Positions 12,344-24,978 of a stretch of DNA of 64,000 nt are shown piece after piece (within the stretch, counting starts at the first letter, position 1; each line of letters opens with the position of its first letter). Position numbers and translations under genes: made by a program. The notes under the pieces are model-generated. The model was not told the DNA's origin. It ran no database searches and saw only the letters and a program-made list of their open reading frames with translations. The DNA is taken from assembly GCF_006345805.1 (NCBI RefSeq), contig NW_021834179.1, positions 12,336 to 76,335 of the forward strand, written 5' to 3'. Source of the DNA: Octopus sinensis. Its lineage: Eukaryota.

Positions 12344-12506
12344 TACGACGGGTTTCTTTCAGTTTCTGTCTACCGATCCACTCACAGGTCTTGGTAGACC
12401 CGAGGCCATAGTAGAAGACACTTGCCTAAAGTGCCACGCTGTGCGACTGAACTGGAACCATGCGATTGGTAAACAAGCTACTTACCACACAGACTGTCCT
12501 AAACCT
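12344..12506 (-). mobile_element. tRNA-derived SINE family 2, head
   Basis: Reverse complement of gtgtggtaag..ggttccagttcagtcgcacagcgtggcactttaggcaagtgtcttctactat..gaaactgaaagaaacccgtcg. The same family occurs at about 21005-21165 (+), 21170-21540 (-), 22083-22470 (+), 26148-26580 (+) and 27343-27810 (+). Confidence 0.8.
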
Positions 12507-13372
12507 ATGTATATATATATATATTATATATATATATATAAATATATATATACAAACGTACATAATTGCACACATTCACATACACAAACACACACAGGTA
12601 CGCTTACACACACACACACACACACACATACACGCACATATATTTGTTACTGTTTGTGTATGTATATATATCCTGATGCATTTTTATATAATCATACATG
12701 ATTACATATGACCCCGCGTAGCAATTCTTTGTCCTGAAATTCTAGATTGCCGCTCATATAATGTTGTCTCTGGCTTAGGTAGAATGCCAGTGGTTGTGTT
12801 TTGTGGGGGAGGTGGACAGTCGACTAATTGGACTTCAGCACCTCTGAGAAATGAAAGGCAAAGTGGACTTCGGTGGGAAAGGAACTCAGAACGCGAATAG
12901 CCGACAGAAACGCTGCAAAGCAATTTGTAAATTTGTGTACAGACATGTGTACAGGCATTGCCGACTATTTTGCTTGAATCTTCTTGTTTAATATATTATT
13001 TTTTAATTTAATTCTATACTTTTTAACCGTACAACTTATTTTTTCATTCGAAAGTCCTGCGGGGACGGGAAGGTGACGAAGCATTCAGATCTGAGGAGTT
13101 GGAAGCATGTATTTAGTGGTCTACACACAAGTGTCCTATGGGTTTTTGGTTGCATGTGTGCTTAAGAAGTTTAATTCAGGGAAAACGCTGCTCACCTAGA
13201 GACCGGAGATAATGCTATATAACTAAATGGATGGGAAGATGACGACCGGATGTCCTCTAATCATAGGCTTACACATTCAGGAAACATTGGCTTGTGACGC
13301 AGATATGTTTATAATCAATAATAAATCTCTGAGCGAGATGTAATCAGTAAGGGCTCGACAACGTAAAGTATA

Positions 13373-13666
13373 CTAGCCATCTTAATATGGCCAACCACTA
13401 GGGGTGGGGGTGTTACTGTAGCTTATTAGCCCCAGGAGATCATCGTCTCCAGCTCGCTTTAGGTCATCCCCTCTCGAAAACCTAAGTGATACTCATGGAC
13501 CGTGATTAGCGTGTGTTGACAAGAGACAATATTCTCGAAACTGCAGTCTATGCGTATCACTTAGGTTTTCGACAGGGGATGACCTCCCTTTGCGAATATC
13601 ATAAAGGGCACTGGATTGTGTCTAAAGCCAGCTGGAGACGATGATCTCCTGGGGCTAAAAAGCTAC
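13373..13666 (+). mobile_element. Fold-back PLE-type pLTR element with a central hammerhead
   Basis: Two nested inverted arm pairs (about 13417-13460 with 13622-13666; 13461-13497 with 13550-13586) enclose an HHR. Tail is homologous to 37700-37830 and 44870-45110. Confidence 0.72.
13509..13555 (+). ncRNA. Minimal hammerhead ribozyme, U3-A8 core variant
   Basis: gcgugug-UUGACAA-GAGA-caauau-UCUC-GAAAC-UGCA-GUC-uaugcgu; stem III palindrome ACUGCAGU. Duplicate at 58827-58873. Confidence 0.78.
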
Positions 13667-14660
13667 TTTCTATCATTACATGATACAACGCCATATCGTT
13701 AGCTGACAAGAGACATCTCTTAGGATTAACGCTCAGATCTTTCTCGGGATCCATGTAAATTCAGTGAGTGTTGCTTCAGGGAAACGCCCAGTAGATAAGA
13801 AGGATTTCTGAGATGCTGTCCTACCTACATATGTCATATACCATGTTTAATAATATAATTGGTGACCAAGGCGTATGACCACGCTGTTAATGGTGCTCTA
13901 TTCGCGATAGCGAGATCGCGGTTTCAATTCCCGTAAAGGGAATTGTATTGCGCTCTTAAGCAAAACACCTCATCTCATATTGCTTTGCGTCGTGTAGGAA
14001 TGGTGAATTTCTGGAAAATGGATTTATTTTCCGGATATTAAACTACAGCGAATCGCGTACATCGACAGAAAATACTGACACTGCCTGTAAAGAAACACAT
14101 AACGGGTTATAACAAATGTGTACTTCGGTCAGTATTCTTATCCGATACAAGCCGCAGAATTAGACAATAAACTTTCATGAGGTAATAGAATATCCAGATA
14201 AGTGGATAAACCTTTTCTAATTTCTGTAAAAAATTAATACTGAAGTCATATTTGAAACCGGCATTGTAAATGTAAATCAATTTTTGCTACTTTCCTGTAA
14301 ATATTTAAAATTAATATTTATACACACACATATCTACACTGGCGAAATTAAATCTAAGACAGATGATATTAGTCCTATTTCTAACAAAATATTTTGTTAC
14401 AAACACCATACAACTTATTTCTATCTTTTACACCTTATGAAGAATTTATTTCTCTTTCGAATGATGCAGACAATAACTATTTTTATACAACTTGAAGAAT
14501 GCATGAAAGTACTTGTTCAATCAGAGTGGATATTTGATATTCTATCGCTTCATTATGTTATCTTATCGTATCATATATTATTATAAGATTGTAAATAAAT
14601 CATGAAAATCAAAGTTGGAATTTCTTTCAGTAATATATTCTCCTATACACAATCATACAC
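13667..14660 (-). repeat. Module B (copy 1), a distant paralogue of module A, truncated by the fold-back element
   Basis: Homologous to 29800-30845. Shares ttcttatctact.. and the gtaggaatggtga..ctggaaaatggatttattttccggatattaaa flank with module A. Minus-strand ORF start MDPEKDLSVNPKRCLLSANDMALYHVMIES. Confidence 0.75.
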
Positions 14661-14680
14661 ACCTGTGTATAAGTGCATAT

Positions 14681-14785
<105 letters not shown>

Positions 14786-15041
14786 ATATTATTACACACA
14801 CAAACATATACACTCACACACACATACACACATAAAAATATAAATGGTAAAAAATGCAATAGAAGACAATAAAAGATTGGGACAGATAGACGATAGAAAG
14901 CGGACAGGAGAAACAAAGATTAGGACAGGCAAAAAAACGACGGGTCATTCGTGGCTTTCTTTCCTCAGTCAAGTCCCACAAGTCACGACCATCTCGGGCA
15001 GTTATACTTGAGATGGTTCGAGCTGGTTGCCCAACTAAAAG

Positions 15042-15110
<69 letters not shown>

Positions 15111-15117
15111 TATATAT

Positions 15118-15187
15118 AAAGGCGGTGCTCCAGCATGACCGCAGTCAAATGACTGAAACAAGTAAAAGAGTAAAAGAGTAAAAGAGT
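15118..15187 (+). mobile_element. 3' tail of SINE family 2 inside (TA)n
   Basis: aaggcggtgctccagcatg(a/g)ccgcagtcaaatgactgaaacaag(taaaagag)n; also at 17596-17658. Confidence 0.75.
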
Positions 15188-15197
15188 AATATATATA

Positions 15198-15594
15198 TAC
15201 TAGCAGTATCTCCCGGCGTTGCTCGGGTTTGTAAGGGAAATAATCATATAAGCATTTTTAGAGATGTAAAGTATTATAGCCATCTCAATATGGCTAACCA
15301 CAAAGGGGGAGGGGTGTTACTGTAGCTTTTTACGTTCTGAGATTTAATAATAAATTTTAGAGAGTTACTTCCCTTATATATGTCAAAAATGGATTAAAAA
15401 TGGGAAAAATTGATGGTAATTTTTTTTTAAATCGTAGACTCATCGTAGACGTGCGCTAATACCCAGACGGTCTCGATATGAATCACGACTATAAGATACC
15501 CGGTTTTGGTTAAACTGCACCGCAAAATGTGGGAGTAGTTAGGAATCTAAATCGTAGGAGACAGACACACAACCTCACTTTTATATATAAAGAT
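15198..15594 (+). mobile_element. Non-autonomous Helentron/DINE-1-like element (HINE-type)
   Basis: Starts tactagcagtatctcccggcgttgctcggg (5' sub-terminal hairpin) and ends ttttatatataaagat, termini typical of HINE/Lep1-like elements. Duplicate at 60518-60914. Confidence 0.65.
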
Positions 15595-15757
15595 TTCCTC
15601 TATTTACATAATATTGAGGTCTCTTTCTTTCTTTTGTTATCTTACTGTTTTTACCAATATACATATATATATATATATATAAATATATATATAGTTACAG
15701 AGATGTACTTGCATAGCAAGTGACTTGATCTGAGATCGTGTGCTGGAACGAAAACAG

Positions 15758-16015
15758 TTGCAGCGTTGAAGGTGTTTATAAGCCATTTAAGAAACACACA
15801 AAAACCGTTAGATTCACTTCAACATTTAAATTTAATTTGTCAAAATATTTTCATCGCTTTGAGACCGCGATCTGTTAGCACGATATTTTTGTCAGTGAAC
15901 AGGTCGCGGTCTCAAAGCGACGAAAATATTTTGGCAAATTAAATTTAAATGTTGAAGTGAATGTAACGGTTTTTGTGTGTTTCTTAAATGGCTTACAACA
16001 CCTTCCACGCTGCAA
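15758..16015. repeat. ~258-bp imperfect palindrome (about 119-bp arms, 21-nt spacer); inverted pLTR-like element
   Basis: 15758-15876 is the reverse complement of 15898-16015 with a few mismatches. Duplicate at 61077-61335. Confidence 0.92.
15888..15938 (+). ncRNA. Candidate minimal hammerhead ribozyme, G3-C8 core variant
   Basis: UUUGUCA-GUGAACA-g-GUCGC-ggucucaaa-GCGAC-GAA-AAUAUU-U-UGGCAAA: 7-bp stem I, 5-bp stem II, palindromic stem III AAUAUU, UUU cleavage triplet. Duplicate at 61207-61257. Confidence 0.6.
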
Positions 16016-16376
16016 GATATATATATACACACATATATATATGTATGTATGTATGTATGTGTGTATATGTGTATGCATGTATGTGTGTGTGTGTGCGTGT
16101 CTGTGCTTGTGATTGTCCTCCACCACTGCTTGACAACGAATGTTGGTTGTTTACATCCCTGTCACCTAGTGGTTTGACAAAGGAAACAGATAGAATAAGT
16201 ACAATGCTTAAAAATAAAACGAGTTGATTCATTAAACTACAATTCTTCAAGGCATTGCCCCAGCATGGCCACAGACCAATGGCTGGAACAAGCAGAAGAA
16301 TAAAAGAATACAGTCTCTGCTTTGGTCTTATGTTCAAGGCATGAGAAAGCTTGAGTTTACATGAGAAGGCCTAACA

Positions 16377-16740
16377 GACCTGGTAGAAACAGCAGCCAAA
16401 TCTCCCTCAAATCACACCTTACTGTCTTGTATGTATATATATATGAGCCAATGAGGGGGACCTCTACATGGTAGCTAGACCTGGTAGAAATAGCAGCCAA
16501 ATTTCCCCCAAATCACACCTTACTGTCTTATCTATGTATATATGTATGTATGAGCCTATGAGGGAGACCCCTACATGGCAGCTAGACCTGGTAGAAATAG
16601 CAGCCAAATTTCCCCCAAATCACACCTTACTGTCTTATCTATGTATTATGTATGGACCTATGAGGGAGACCCCTACATGGCAGCTAGACTGTAGAAATAG
16701 CAGCCAAATCTCCCTCAAATCACACCTTACTGTCTTATCT
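16377..16740 (+). repeat. Tandem repeat of ~100-107-bp units (4 units; 3 in the duplicate at 61699-61955)
   Basis: Unit agacctggtagaaa(t/c)agcagccaaat(c/t)tccc(t/c)caaatcacaccttactgtctt plus a TA/TG linker and atgagggagacccctacatgg. Confidence 0.92.
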
Positions 16741-16949
16741 TTCTGCTACTTGGATATAGGTGTTATATTCGTCGTAAAAAACTTTCCTGTCACACACTCA
16801 CGCACACGCACACACCACACACACACGCACCCTCACAGACACACACACGCGCACACCCACACACACCCACTCACACACACGCACGTTAGCTTACAATTTT
16901 ATTTATATATTTGCGTGTCTGTGTGGAAAGAGGAAGTGGGAGGCAGAGT

Positions 16950-17235
16950 GAAAGAATCACTCACTACAGTAAGGCAATTACTTTCATTTTATTCGTTGCC
17001 CACTGTGTGTGTGCGTTTGCGTGTGCTGTAAACCAGACTAAGAAAAGCTTTGACACACACCACACCAGAATGTGAGTTTTCTGTAAATTTTGCTTAATTG
17101 GAGTTTAAATTTTAAAAACTGGACCTGGCATGACGCGATGCATTGTACTCTTAAAATGCTAGGTAAATTGTAATTGAAGAAATCCTATATTGTAGATTTG
17201 TATAACTCCCAGGAGGCAGATAAAATCTGCCTTTT
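16950..17235. repeat. ~290-bp local direct repeat, second copy at about 19160-19445
   Basis: ttactttcattttattcgttgc..ccagaatgtgagttttctgtaaattttgcttaattggagtttaaattttaaaaactggacctggcatgac.. is present in both. Confidence 0.88.
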
Positions 17236-17301
17236 ATAATAAGAGATATATACATACACACACACCACACATACAATATCTATATATAAATATATATATA
17301 T

Positions 17302-17344
<43 letters not shown>

Positions 17345-17355
17345 TTATTATATAT

Positions 17356-17387
<32 letters not shown>

Positions 17388-17547
17388 CACTCAATCCCCT
17401 CAATCACACGCCAGATTTTACCATTTATAAAATATTATAATAATCCAGGTTTCTCGGAGCACTAGGCCACTTGGTGTAGAATAGATATACTATTAAATTA
17501 GTATCTAATTCTCTCACCCTTATTAATTAATTATATATAATATATAT

Positions 17548-17599
<52 letters not shown>

Positions 17600-17656
17600 G
17601 CGGTGCTCCAGCATGGCCGCAGTCAAATGACTGAAACAAGTAAAAGAGTAAAAGAG

Positions 17657-17761
<105 letters not shown>

Positions 17762-18150
17762 TACTAGCAGTATCGCCCGGCGTTGCTCGGGTTTGTTTCG
17801 ACCCGCTGGAATTGTAATTTTGAAAAGTAAAAATTTTGTGAACATTTTTCTGGTCGAAATACACCGAAAAGTGGCGACACAGCAGTGAAAAAATCGTAAA
17901 AAATAGGGATGTTCATAGAAAAAAGCATCTTTTTGATGTAAATAATTTTTGGTGTTAACATGGTCCGATTTGAATTTTATGTTCTACGGAAGGAAGAGCA
18001 ACCCTTCTTCTACCATACTCTCAATTTTGGTCAACTTGCGCCGCAGGGTCTCGGAGGAGATAGTGTTAGTTGAAGGTTACCATTCTAGGTGCCTGAGTAA
18101 CAACCTCGCGGATTTACAGATAAATGAATTAATTACTATTTTACAGAATA
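17762..18150 (+). mobile_element. Second HINE-like element; right end uncertain
   Basis: Same 5' terminus tactagcagtatcgcccggcgttgctcggg with a different interior. Duplicate starts at 62982. Confidence 0.5.
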
Positions 18151-18853
18151 AAATTAAATAATTCTTGAAAATTAATTAATATTAATATTTTTTGAACAAA
18201 GTAAATAATTTTTAAAACTTAAATAATAATTTTTTTTACACAAACGCGAACGGGGAAAAGGGGGTGGCGAATTCGATTTACATACCCAAATTTTTCTTTT
18301 TCATGACATTGTAGCAAAATAGTAGTGAATTATATAAATACCAGCAGTACATTTTTTATCTGGGGTATTTTTTTTCAACCTCGTCACATATTTGCCCCTT
18401 TCAATTTAAACAAAGTCTTAATTAAGCAATTACGGCAGCTTAGCAATGGTTTCAATACAGGCGTGACATGTGTATCTCAATTGTTCAAAACCCTTCGAAT
18501 TTTTTCGCACGTGATGATATCATAGTGAAAACTTTCAATTACGCGCGCTTAGAAGTACGCTCGCAAATTAATACTACCAAAATTTTGAAGTTCGCGCTCC
18601 GCTTGTGTGTGTGTGTGTGTGCGTGCTTTAGGTGTACGTAGGTATGTGTTTTTGTGTGTGTGTCACTGAAGCCATACGTACATATATACATACATAACCT
18701 CTCTCTCTCTTTTCTCTCTCAGTCACTCACTACAAAAAGTGAATAAAAAAAGTTCAGTTATTCTGTCTTTCACTCTGTCTGTCTCTTTACACACACTAAC
18801 AAAAGCACTTCACTTACACACCACACTTTCTGTGTCGCACAACCCATCAAACA

Positions 18854-18899
<46 letters not shown>

Positions 18900-19468
18900 G
18901 CACGCACACATGTACATCAATGCTTTCGGAGTGAAATGTTAAAATATTGAGTTTTCTCGAATTTTGTCTTAATTGGGGGTGAAATTGAAAGAAATATATT
19001 ATGGCATGACCGAATGGAGTACTTTGAAAAATCTTAGATAAACTCTAATTGAAGAAATTGTGTGAGGAGTAAATCGTTATGTATTTATTTGTTTCTGTTT
19101 GCTGGTTTTTTTTTTGAGTAGTGGTTTAAATACTTTCAGTTTAGTCTTCCTCAAATCACTCTGTCGCTATTTACTTTCATTTTATTCGTTGCACACTGTT
19201 TGTGTGCGTGTGCGTGTGGTGTAAACCACATTGAGAAAAGCATTTGACATACACACCAGAATGTGAGTTTTCTGTAAATTTTGCTTAATTGGAGTTTAAA
19301 TTTTAAAAACTGGACCTGGCATGACCCGATGCATTCTACTCTTAAAAATGCTAGGTAAATTGTAATTGAAGAAATCCTATATTGTAGATTTCTATAAGTT
19401 ACAAAGGGAGGCAGATAAAATCTGCCTTTTATAATAAGAGATATATAAATATATATATATATATACAT

Positions 19469-19547
<79 letters not shown>

Positions 19548-19559
19548 TATGTGTGTTGT

Positions 19560-19792
19560 GTATGTGCGTGTAGTTATTCAAACAATTACTAAACTATGTA
19601 GCTACACCAAGTGGGAAATTCCGTTTGTACAATTGTTCCGAGAATAAATTATTTGATAATCAGTCCACATGACAAACAGTAGAAAAGAAGACATTTAATA
19701 TAATTTCTAATACGGAATAAACGGGATTAGAAGAAATAGGCGTAGCAGAGAGTCGCTGAGGATATCATAGTATGTGAGACGAAAGAATTTAA
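19560..19792. repeat. Module C, homologous to 31120-31372; both copies are followed by (TAA)n
   Basis: attcaaacaattactaaa..gaaattccgttt..gacaaacagtagaa..gcagagagtcgctgagga.atc.tagtatgtgagacgaaagaatttaaa is present in both. Confidence 0.88.
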
Positions 19793-19805
19793 ATAATAAT
19801 AATAA

Positions 19806-19836
<31 letters not shown>

Positions 19837-19864
19837 AATAACAACAACAACAATAATAACAGTC

Positions 19865-20124
19865 GTTCCTACTATAGGCACAAGGCCTGAAATATTCTTG
19901 GATGGGGGAGTTAGTCGATTATATAGCCCCTAGTACTCAACTGGTATTTAATTTATAGACCTCGAAATGATGAAATGCGAATTTGACCTCGGGGGAATTT
20001 GAACTCAGAAACTAATGATGGATGAAATACTACCAAGCATTTTGCCCGGAGTGCTAACGGTTCCGCCAGCTCAGTACATCAAATAATAATAAATAATAAT
20101 AATAATATTAATAATAATGATAAT

Positions 20125-20170
<46 letters not shown>

Positions 20171-20570
20171 TAATAATAATAATAATAATTATAATTATAA
20201 TTATTATTATTATTATTCCTGCCTACTGGAAGCACAAGGAGAAGTCCATTACATCGATCCCAGTGTGTAACTGGTACTTAATTTATCGTCCCCGAAAGGA
20301 TGAAAGGCAAAGTCGATCTCGGCGGAATTTGAACTCAGAACGTAGTGAGAGACGAAATACCTATTTCTTTCCTACCTCTCCAGGGGCTAAACATAGAGAG
20401 GTCAAACATGGACAAACAAACGGATTAAGTCGATTATATCGAAGGCAGTGAGTAACTGGTACTTATTTAATCGACCCCGAAAGGATGAAAGGCAATGCCG
20501 ACCTCGGCGGAATCTGAACTCAGAACGTAACCGCAGACGAAATACTTCTAAGCGTTTCGTCCGGCGTACC
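19865..20570 (-). mobile_element. Cluster of SINE family 1 copies (one monomer, one dimeric form) within (TAA)n
   Basis: Cores at about 19945-20010, 20290-20340 and 20475-20525; the dimer linker matches that at 42500-42600. Confidence 0.8.
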
Positions 20571-21004
20571 AACAACAACAACAATAATAATTAAGTGAAT
20601 ATCAAAAATATATTGCGCGTGTTTCATTGGCAACAGACGACCATCTCCAAATAGAATAATTTCTGTTTCAACACCCAATTTCAAAAATGCATGAACGTAA
20701 TAATATTAAATTTGAAGTAGAAATATTCCGCCGAGGTTGTCTTTGCCTTTTATCCTTTCGGGGTCGATGAAATCAATATCAGTTAAGTACTGGGGTCGAT
20801 GTAATCAACTAACTCCCTCCCCCGAAATTGCTGGTGTTGTGCCAAAATTTGAAATGAATGTGTAGGAGAAATAAAACAAAACACAGCATCACTCACTAAT
20901 GGACAGCATGTTAATCGTTTCAACAAATTATAAAGTGAACGGCTAGGAGAGTGTTTCATCTTTATGCGTATTTCCTTGGATTGAATCCGTGTAGGGGGGC
21001 ATGT

Positions 21005-22244
21005 TTAGGCGCGGCTGTGTGGTAAGACGCTTGCTTCCAAATCTGGTTTCGTGTTCAGTTCCACTGCGTGGCACACTACGCACATGTCTTCTACTGTAGC
21101 CATTGGACTCTCAACATCTTCAGGAGTGGATTTGGTAGATGGAAACGGAAAGTAGCCCATTGTGGCTATTCTTTTACTTGTTTCAGTCATTTGACTGTGG
21201 CCATGCTGGAGCTCCGCCTTTAGTCGAACAAATCGACTCTTGGACTTAATCTTTGTAAGCCTAGTACTTATTCCATCAGTTTCTTTTCCAGAACAGCTAT
21301 GTTACAGGGACGTAAGCACACCAACATTGGTTGTCAAATGATGGTGGAGGGACAAATATAGACACACAAAGACACACAGACACACACATAGGACTGGCTT
21401 ATTTGAGTTTCCATCTATGAAATCCACTCTCAAGTCTTTGGTCGGCCCTTGGCTATAGTAGAAGTCACTCAGCCAAGGTTTCTCGCAACGGGACTGAACC
21501 CGGAACCATGTGTTTCTTACACTACAGCCACTCCTATGCCTATATATGTCTGTCTGTATGTATCAGTGTGTGTGTGTGTCCTTGTGTCCGTGTTTGTCCC
21601 ACCGCTTAGCGATTCACCAAAATACTCCAATAAAATAAGTACAAGGCTTAAAAAATGAAGTACAGAGGTCAATTAGTTCGACTCAAAACATCTTAAACCA
21701 GTGGCATCTCTATATATACACATAATCCTTTCTGAGCCATGTTCGTTAAAGAAATTGTTCGTTACATAAGTAATTGAAATACTTACAAATAGAAGAAATC
21801 CGTTCATGCCACTCCCCAAAGCCAAATAAAAGTATATATTATACCTTAGCGTTAATACAATAGAAAGTCATGTGAAAGGTCGAATGAAGTGGGACTGTCA
21901 AGTTTGGTTTACCACTAAAACACCGGCTTGAACAGAAAAATGTGGTGCAGAAATTGGGTATCAACGGTTTTAAGGTGTGGTTGATCATTGAGCGGAGGGA
22001 CATAAATTATAACAGATTAGGAGCAAGAAAAACATTTAGCCTTATTCAAGAACATTCATTTTATAATTTATAATATAAGTATTGGCGCAGGAATAGCTGT
22101 TTAGTAAGTAGCGTGCTTACCAACCACATTGTTCGGTGTTCAGTCCCACTGCGTGGCACCTTGGTAAAATGCGTTCTACTATAGCCTCGGGCCGACCAAA
22201 GCCTTGTTAATGGATCTGGAAGACGGAAACTGAAAGAAGGCCAT

Positions 22245-22280
<36 letters not shown>

Positions 22281-22470
22281 TTTTTGTGTCTGTGTTTGTC
22301 CCCCACCATCGCTTTACAACCGATGTTGGTGAGTTTACGTCCATGTAATTTAGTGGTTCAGCAAAGGAGACTCATAGAATAAGTAGAAGTCTTATAAATA
22401 ACAAGTTCGGTGAAAAAGGCATTGCTCCAGCATGGCCTCAGTGAAATGGCTGAAACAAATAAAAGAACTG
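21005..22470. mobile_element. Cluster of SINE family 2 copies in both orientations
   Basis: Heads (ggc.tggctgtgtggtaag..gttcagt.ccactgcgtggcac) and tails (ccagcatggcc.cagt.aaatg.ctgaaacaa) with internal (TG)n; interrupted by unique sequence at about 21700-22080. Confidence 0.75.
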
Positions 22471-23264
22471 TGCAGAGTGGTTACAAATATGCACAAAGTC
22501 TCTTATAACTGTTTCTAGAATAGCTAAGCATGTTATTGAGTAAAGAATTCCATCTGAGCAAATCATTCCGTTATTGGAGAAAGAAGAAGAAAATGCAGAA
22601 ATGCATAATATCCTTTATCGAGGATATTATTCGTTCCCAGTCTTTTGGGAAACCATGGAGTTCTCAGATAAATGTGTTTGGTATTTTCGTGATCGAAGAG
22701 TTAGTAAAGTTTCCAGGAAAGTCCCTGGCAAAGGATAATGGAAGTTAACAGTTGCATCTTTGAATAGAAAGTGAATCAGTTTTGTAAGGCATTGGAAGAG
22801 TCTATTATTAGGCGAATGAGAAATATATGAGAGTATATAGAGATTAGTCTATATAGTGAGGGGGTGTTTGACTTGGGGGTTAAAGGGATGCATGTATACA
22901 CACACATAGATACAGAGAGAGACATACACATACACACACGCACTAACATATGCAAACACACACACACACATACATGCAGTGGCATATTCCCATTGATATA
23001 CACACAGTCAGATACACACAATTACGCGGCCATACATACACATGCATACGTATGAGTTTAGAAATGGACAGATAAATGTCTGTTTGCACACACAGACACA
23101 CCCACATACAAATTCTCGCATAGTCATCGTATATAATTATAGAGAGCTAAATTTAATTAATGTTGTAGAGGAGAGAGAGACGAGGGGATTTTTTAGTAAT
23201 TAAGGATGAGAAAAAGCAGATGTATGAACGCCAGTCGCCTCATTTTATATTTCACTATCAATGT

Positions 23265-24960
23265 GGGCCAGAGTGATTAAATCGCCAAACTGGAAATACC
23301 CAGGACCGGATAGCGTACAAGGATATTGGCTGAAAATTTTCGCAGCACTACACAGAAGAATAGCGAAGCAAATATATAAAATGATCAACAACGGGGTACA
23401 AATCCCAAAGAGGCTGACCAAAAGTCAAACATATCTTTGCCAAAATAATCCCAACAAATCAATGCAGTGGATAATCACCGGCCTATCACCTGTCTGCCCC
23501 ACATGTGGAAGCTGATGACAGGAATAATATCTAATTAGGTGTATGATTTCCTGGAAATAAATTACAAAGCACCAGTGAAACAGAAAGGGAACAGAAAGAA
23601 AAGCCAAGGGACACTTACAGACTAATATGGTTTCAGAAAGGAAAATGAAAAGGAAGACAGTGTTTGTAAGCAACTGCACACGATCAGGCATTCATAACTA
23701 ACTACATAAAAGCCAAAATAGACAAAAACCAGGCAAATTCCCAATGTAGAGACTTTTAACATGAATTCACACAGAAAACATTTAGAATCAACTTGACAAC
23801 CAGAATTTGCTACCAGAAGAACTGAAATATTTGCAGAAAGAAGGCTAGAGGAACGCACGATCTATTACACACAGAGAGAGCAGTTCTAAAGTCGAGAATG
23901 CAAACTTCAACAGTATAAAAATCATATGACATAATACAACACTCACGGATAAGTGAATGTTTGAGTATATTCAGTATTGCAGTCAACACAAGAGACTTAA
24001 TTAGTTACAGCAATAGTGCGAAGAATTGGAAAGTATATCTCTACTCAGGTAACACTGCTTTAGGAAAAGTTAATAACAGGCGAGGAATTCTCCAGGGAGA
24101 CTCGTTATCTCCATTAATATTTGTGTTATGCTTAACTGTCGTCAATTTAGTACTAAGAAAGGCAAAGTCAGGGTATCAGTTTAGAGATGTTAAAAGAAAT
24201 ATTAATCATTTGCTCAAGATGGACGATTAGAAGCTTTTTGGTTCCTTAATACGAATTGTAAGGCGCTTAAGAAAAGATATAGGCATGGAATTTGGCATAG
24301 ATATGTGCGCAACATAAGTCATAAAAAGGGGACAGGTAGTCAGCAGTGAAGGATAGTTAGCAAGAGAGTAAAATCACTGAAGGCAGAGAATCATAAGTGC
24401 TTCGGAGTATTAGAATCTGAGAGTGTATTAACAATGGAAATGAAAACAAAAATAGATAAGGAGTACATCGGAAGGTTGAAGAAGCTAATGAAGGGAAAGC
24501 GAAGTGTTCTAAATCTAGAAGAGGTTGTAAAAACTTTGGGAAGTTACCTCGGTATTCAGCAGAATTTGTTGATTGGAAAAGACCTGAATTAGCAAATCTA
24601 GACTGAAGAACTAGGAAGGAATTCAATATGAATGGAGGACTTCAGCCTCGATTAGGAAGAGCAAGATTGCACTTACTTAGAATAACGAAGGTGGAAGAGG
24701 TTTAATATCAGCAGAAAGTAGCGTAGAGTTAGCTAGAGTTGATATATATATAATAGTGAATAAAATTTATGAGTTGCAAGATTTACAGTAAGAGATAGGA
24801 AAAGAAAAATCCAAATGAAATTAAAACCATAAAAAAGGAGGGAGATTATCTAACTGACAAGAGAATGTTTTTCCATGGTAGATTGGCAAAGATAGTTACA
24901 GAAATAGTAACAGTGAAACATATGGTTGCTGAAAGGAAGCTGAAATGGGAGACAGAGTTT
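23265..24960 (+). mobile_element. Highly degenerate R4/Dong-like LINE RT remnant
   Basis: NWKYPGPDSVQGYWLK, RPITCLP.MWKL, RRGILQGDSLSPLIFVL, INHLLKMDD; many stops. Confidence 0.8.
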
Positions 24961-24978
24961 CTAAGCAAAAATTAATTG

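Noticed and set aside
14940-15045. Hairpin accatctc/gagatggt and a minus-strand CUGAGGA as a further hammerhead
   Set aside because: No GAAA plus NUH arrangement with pairing stems follows the core.
16377-16740. CRISPR-like repeat-spacer periodicity (also 31373-32365)
   Set aside because: The spacers are near-identical or microsatellite, the context is eukaryotic, and there are no cas genes.
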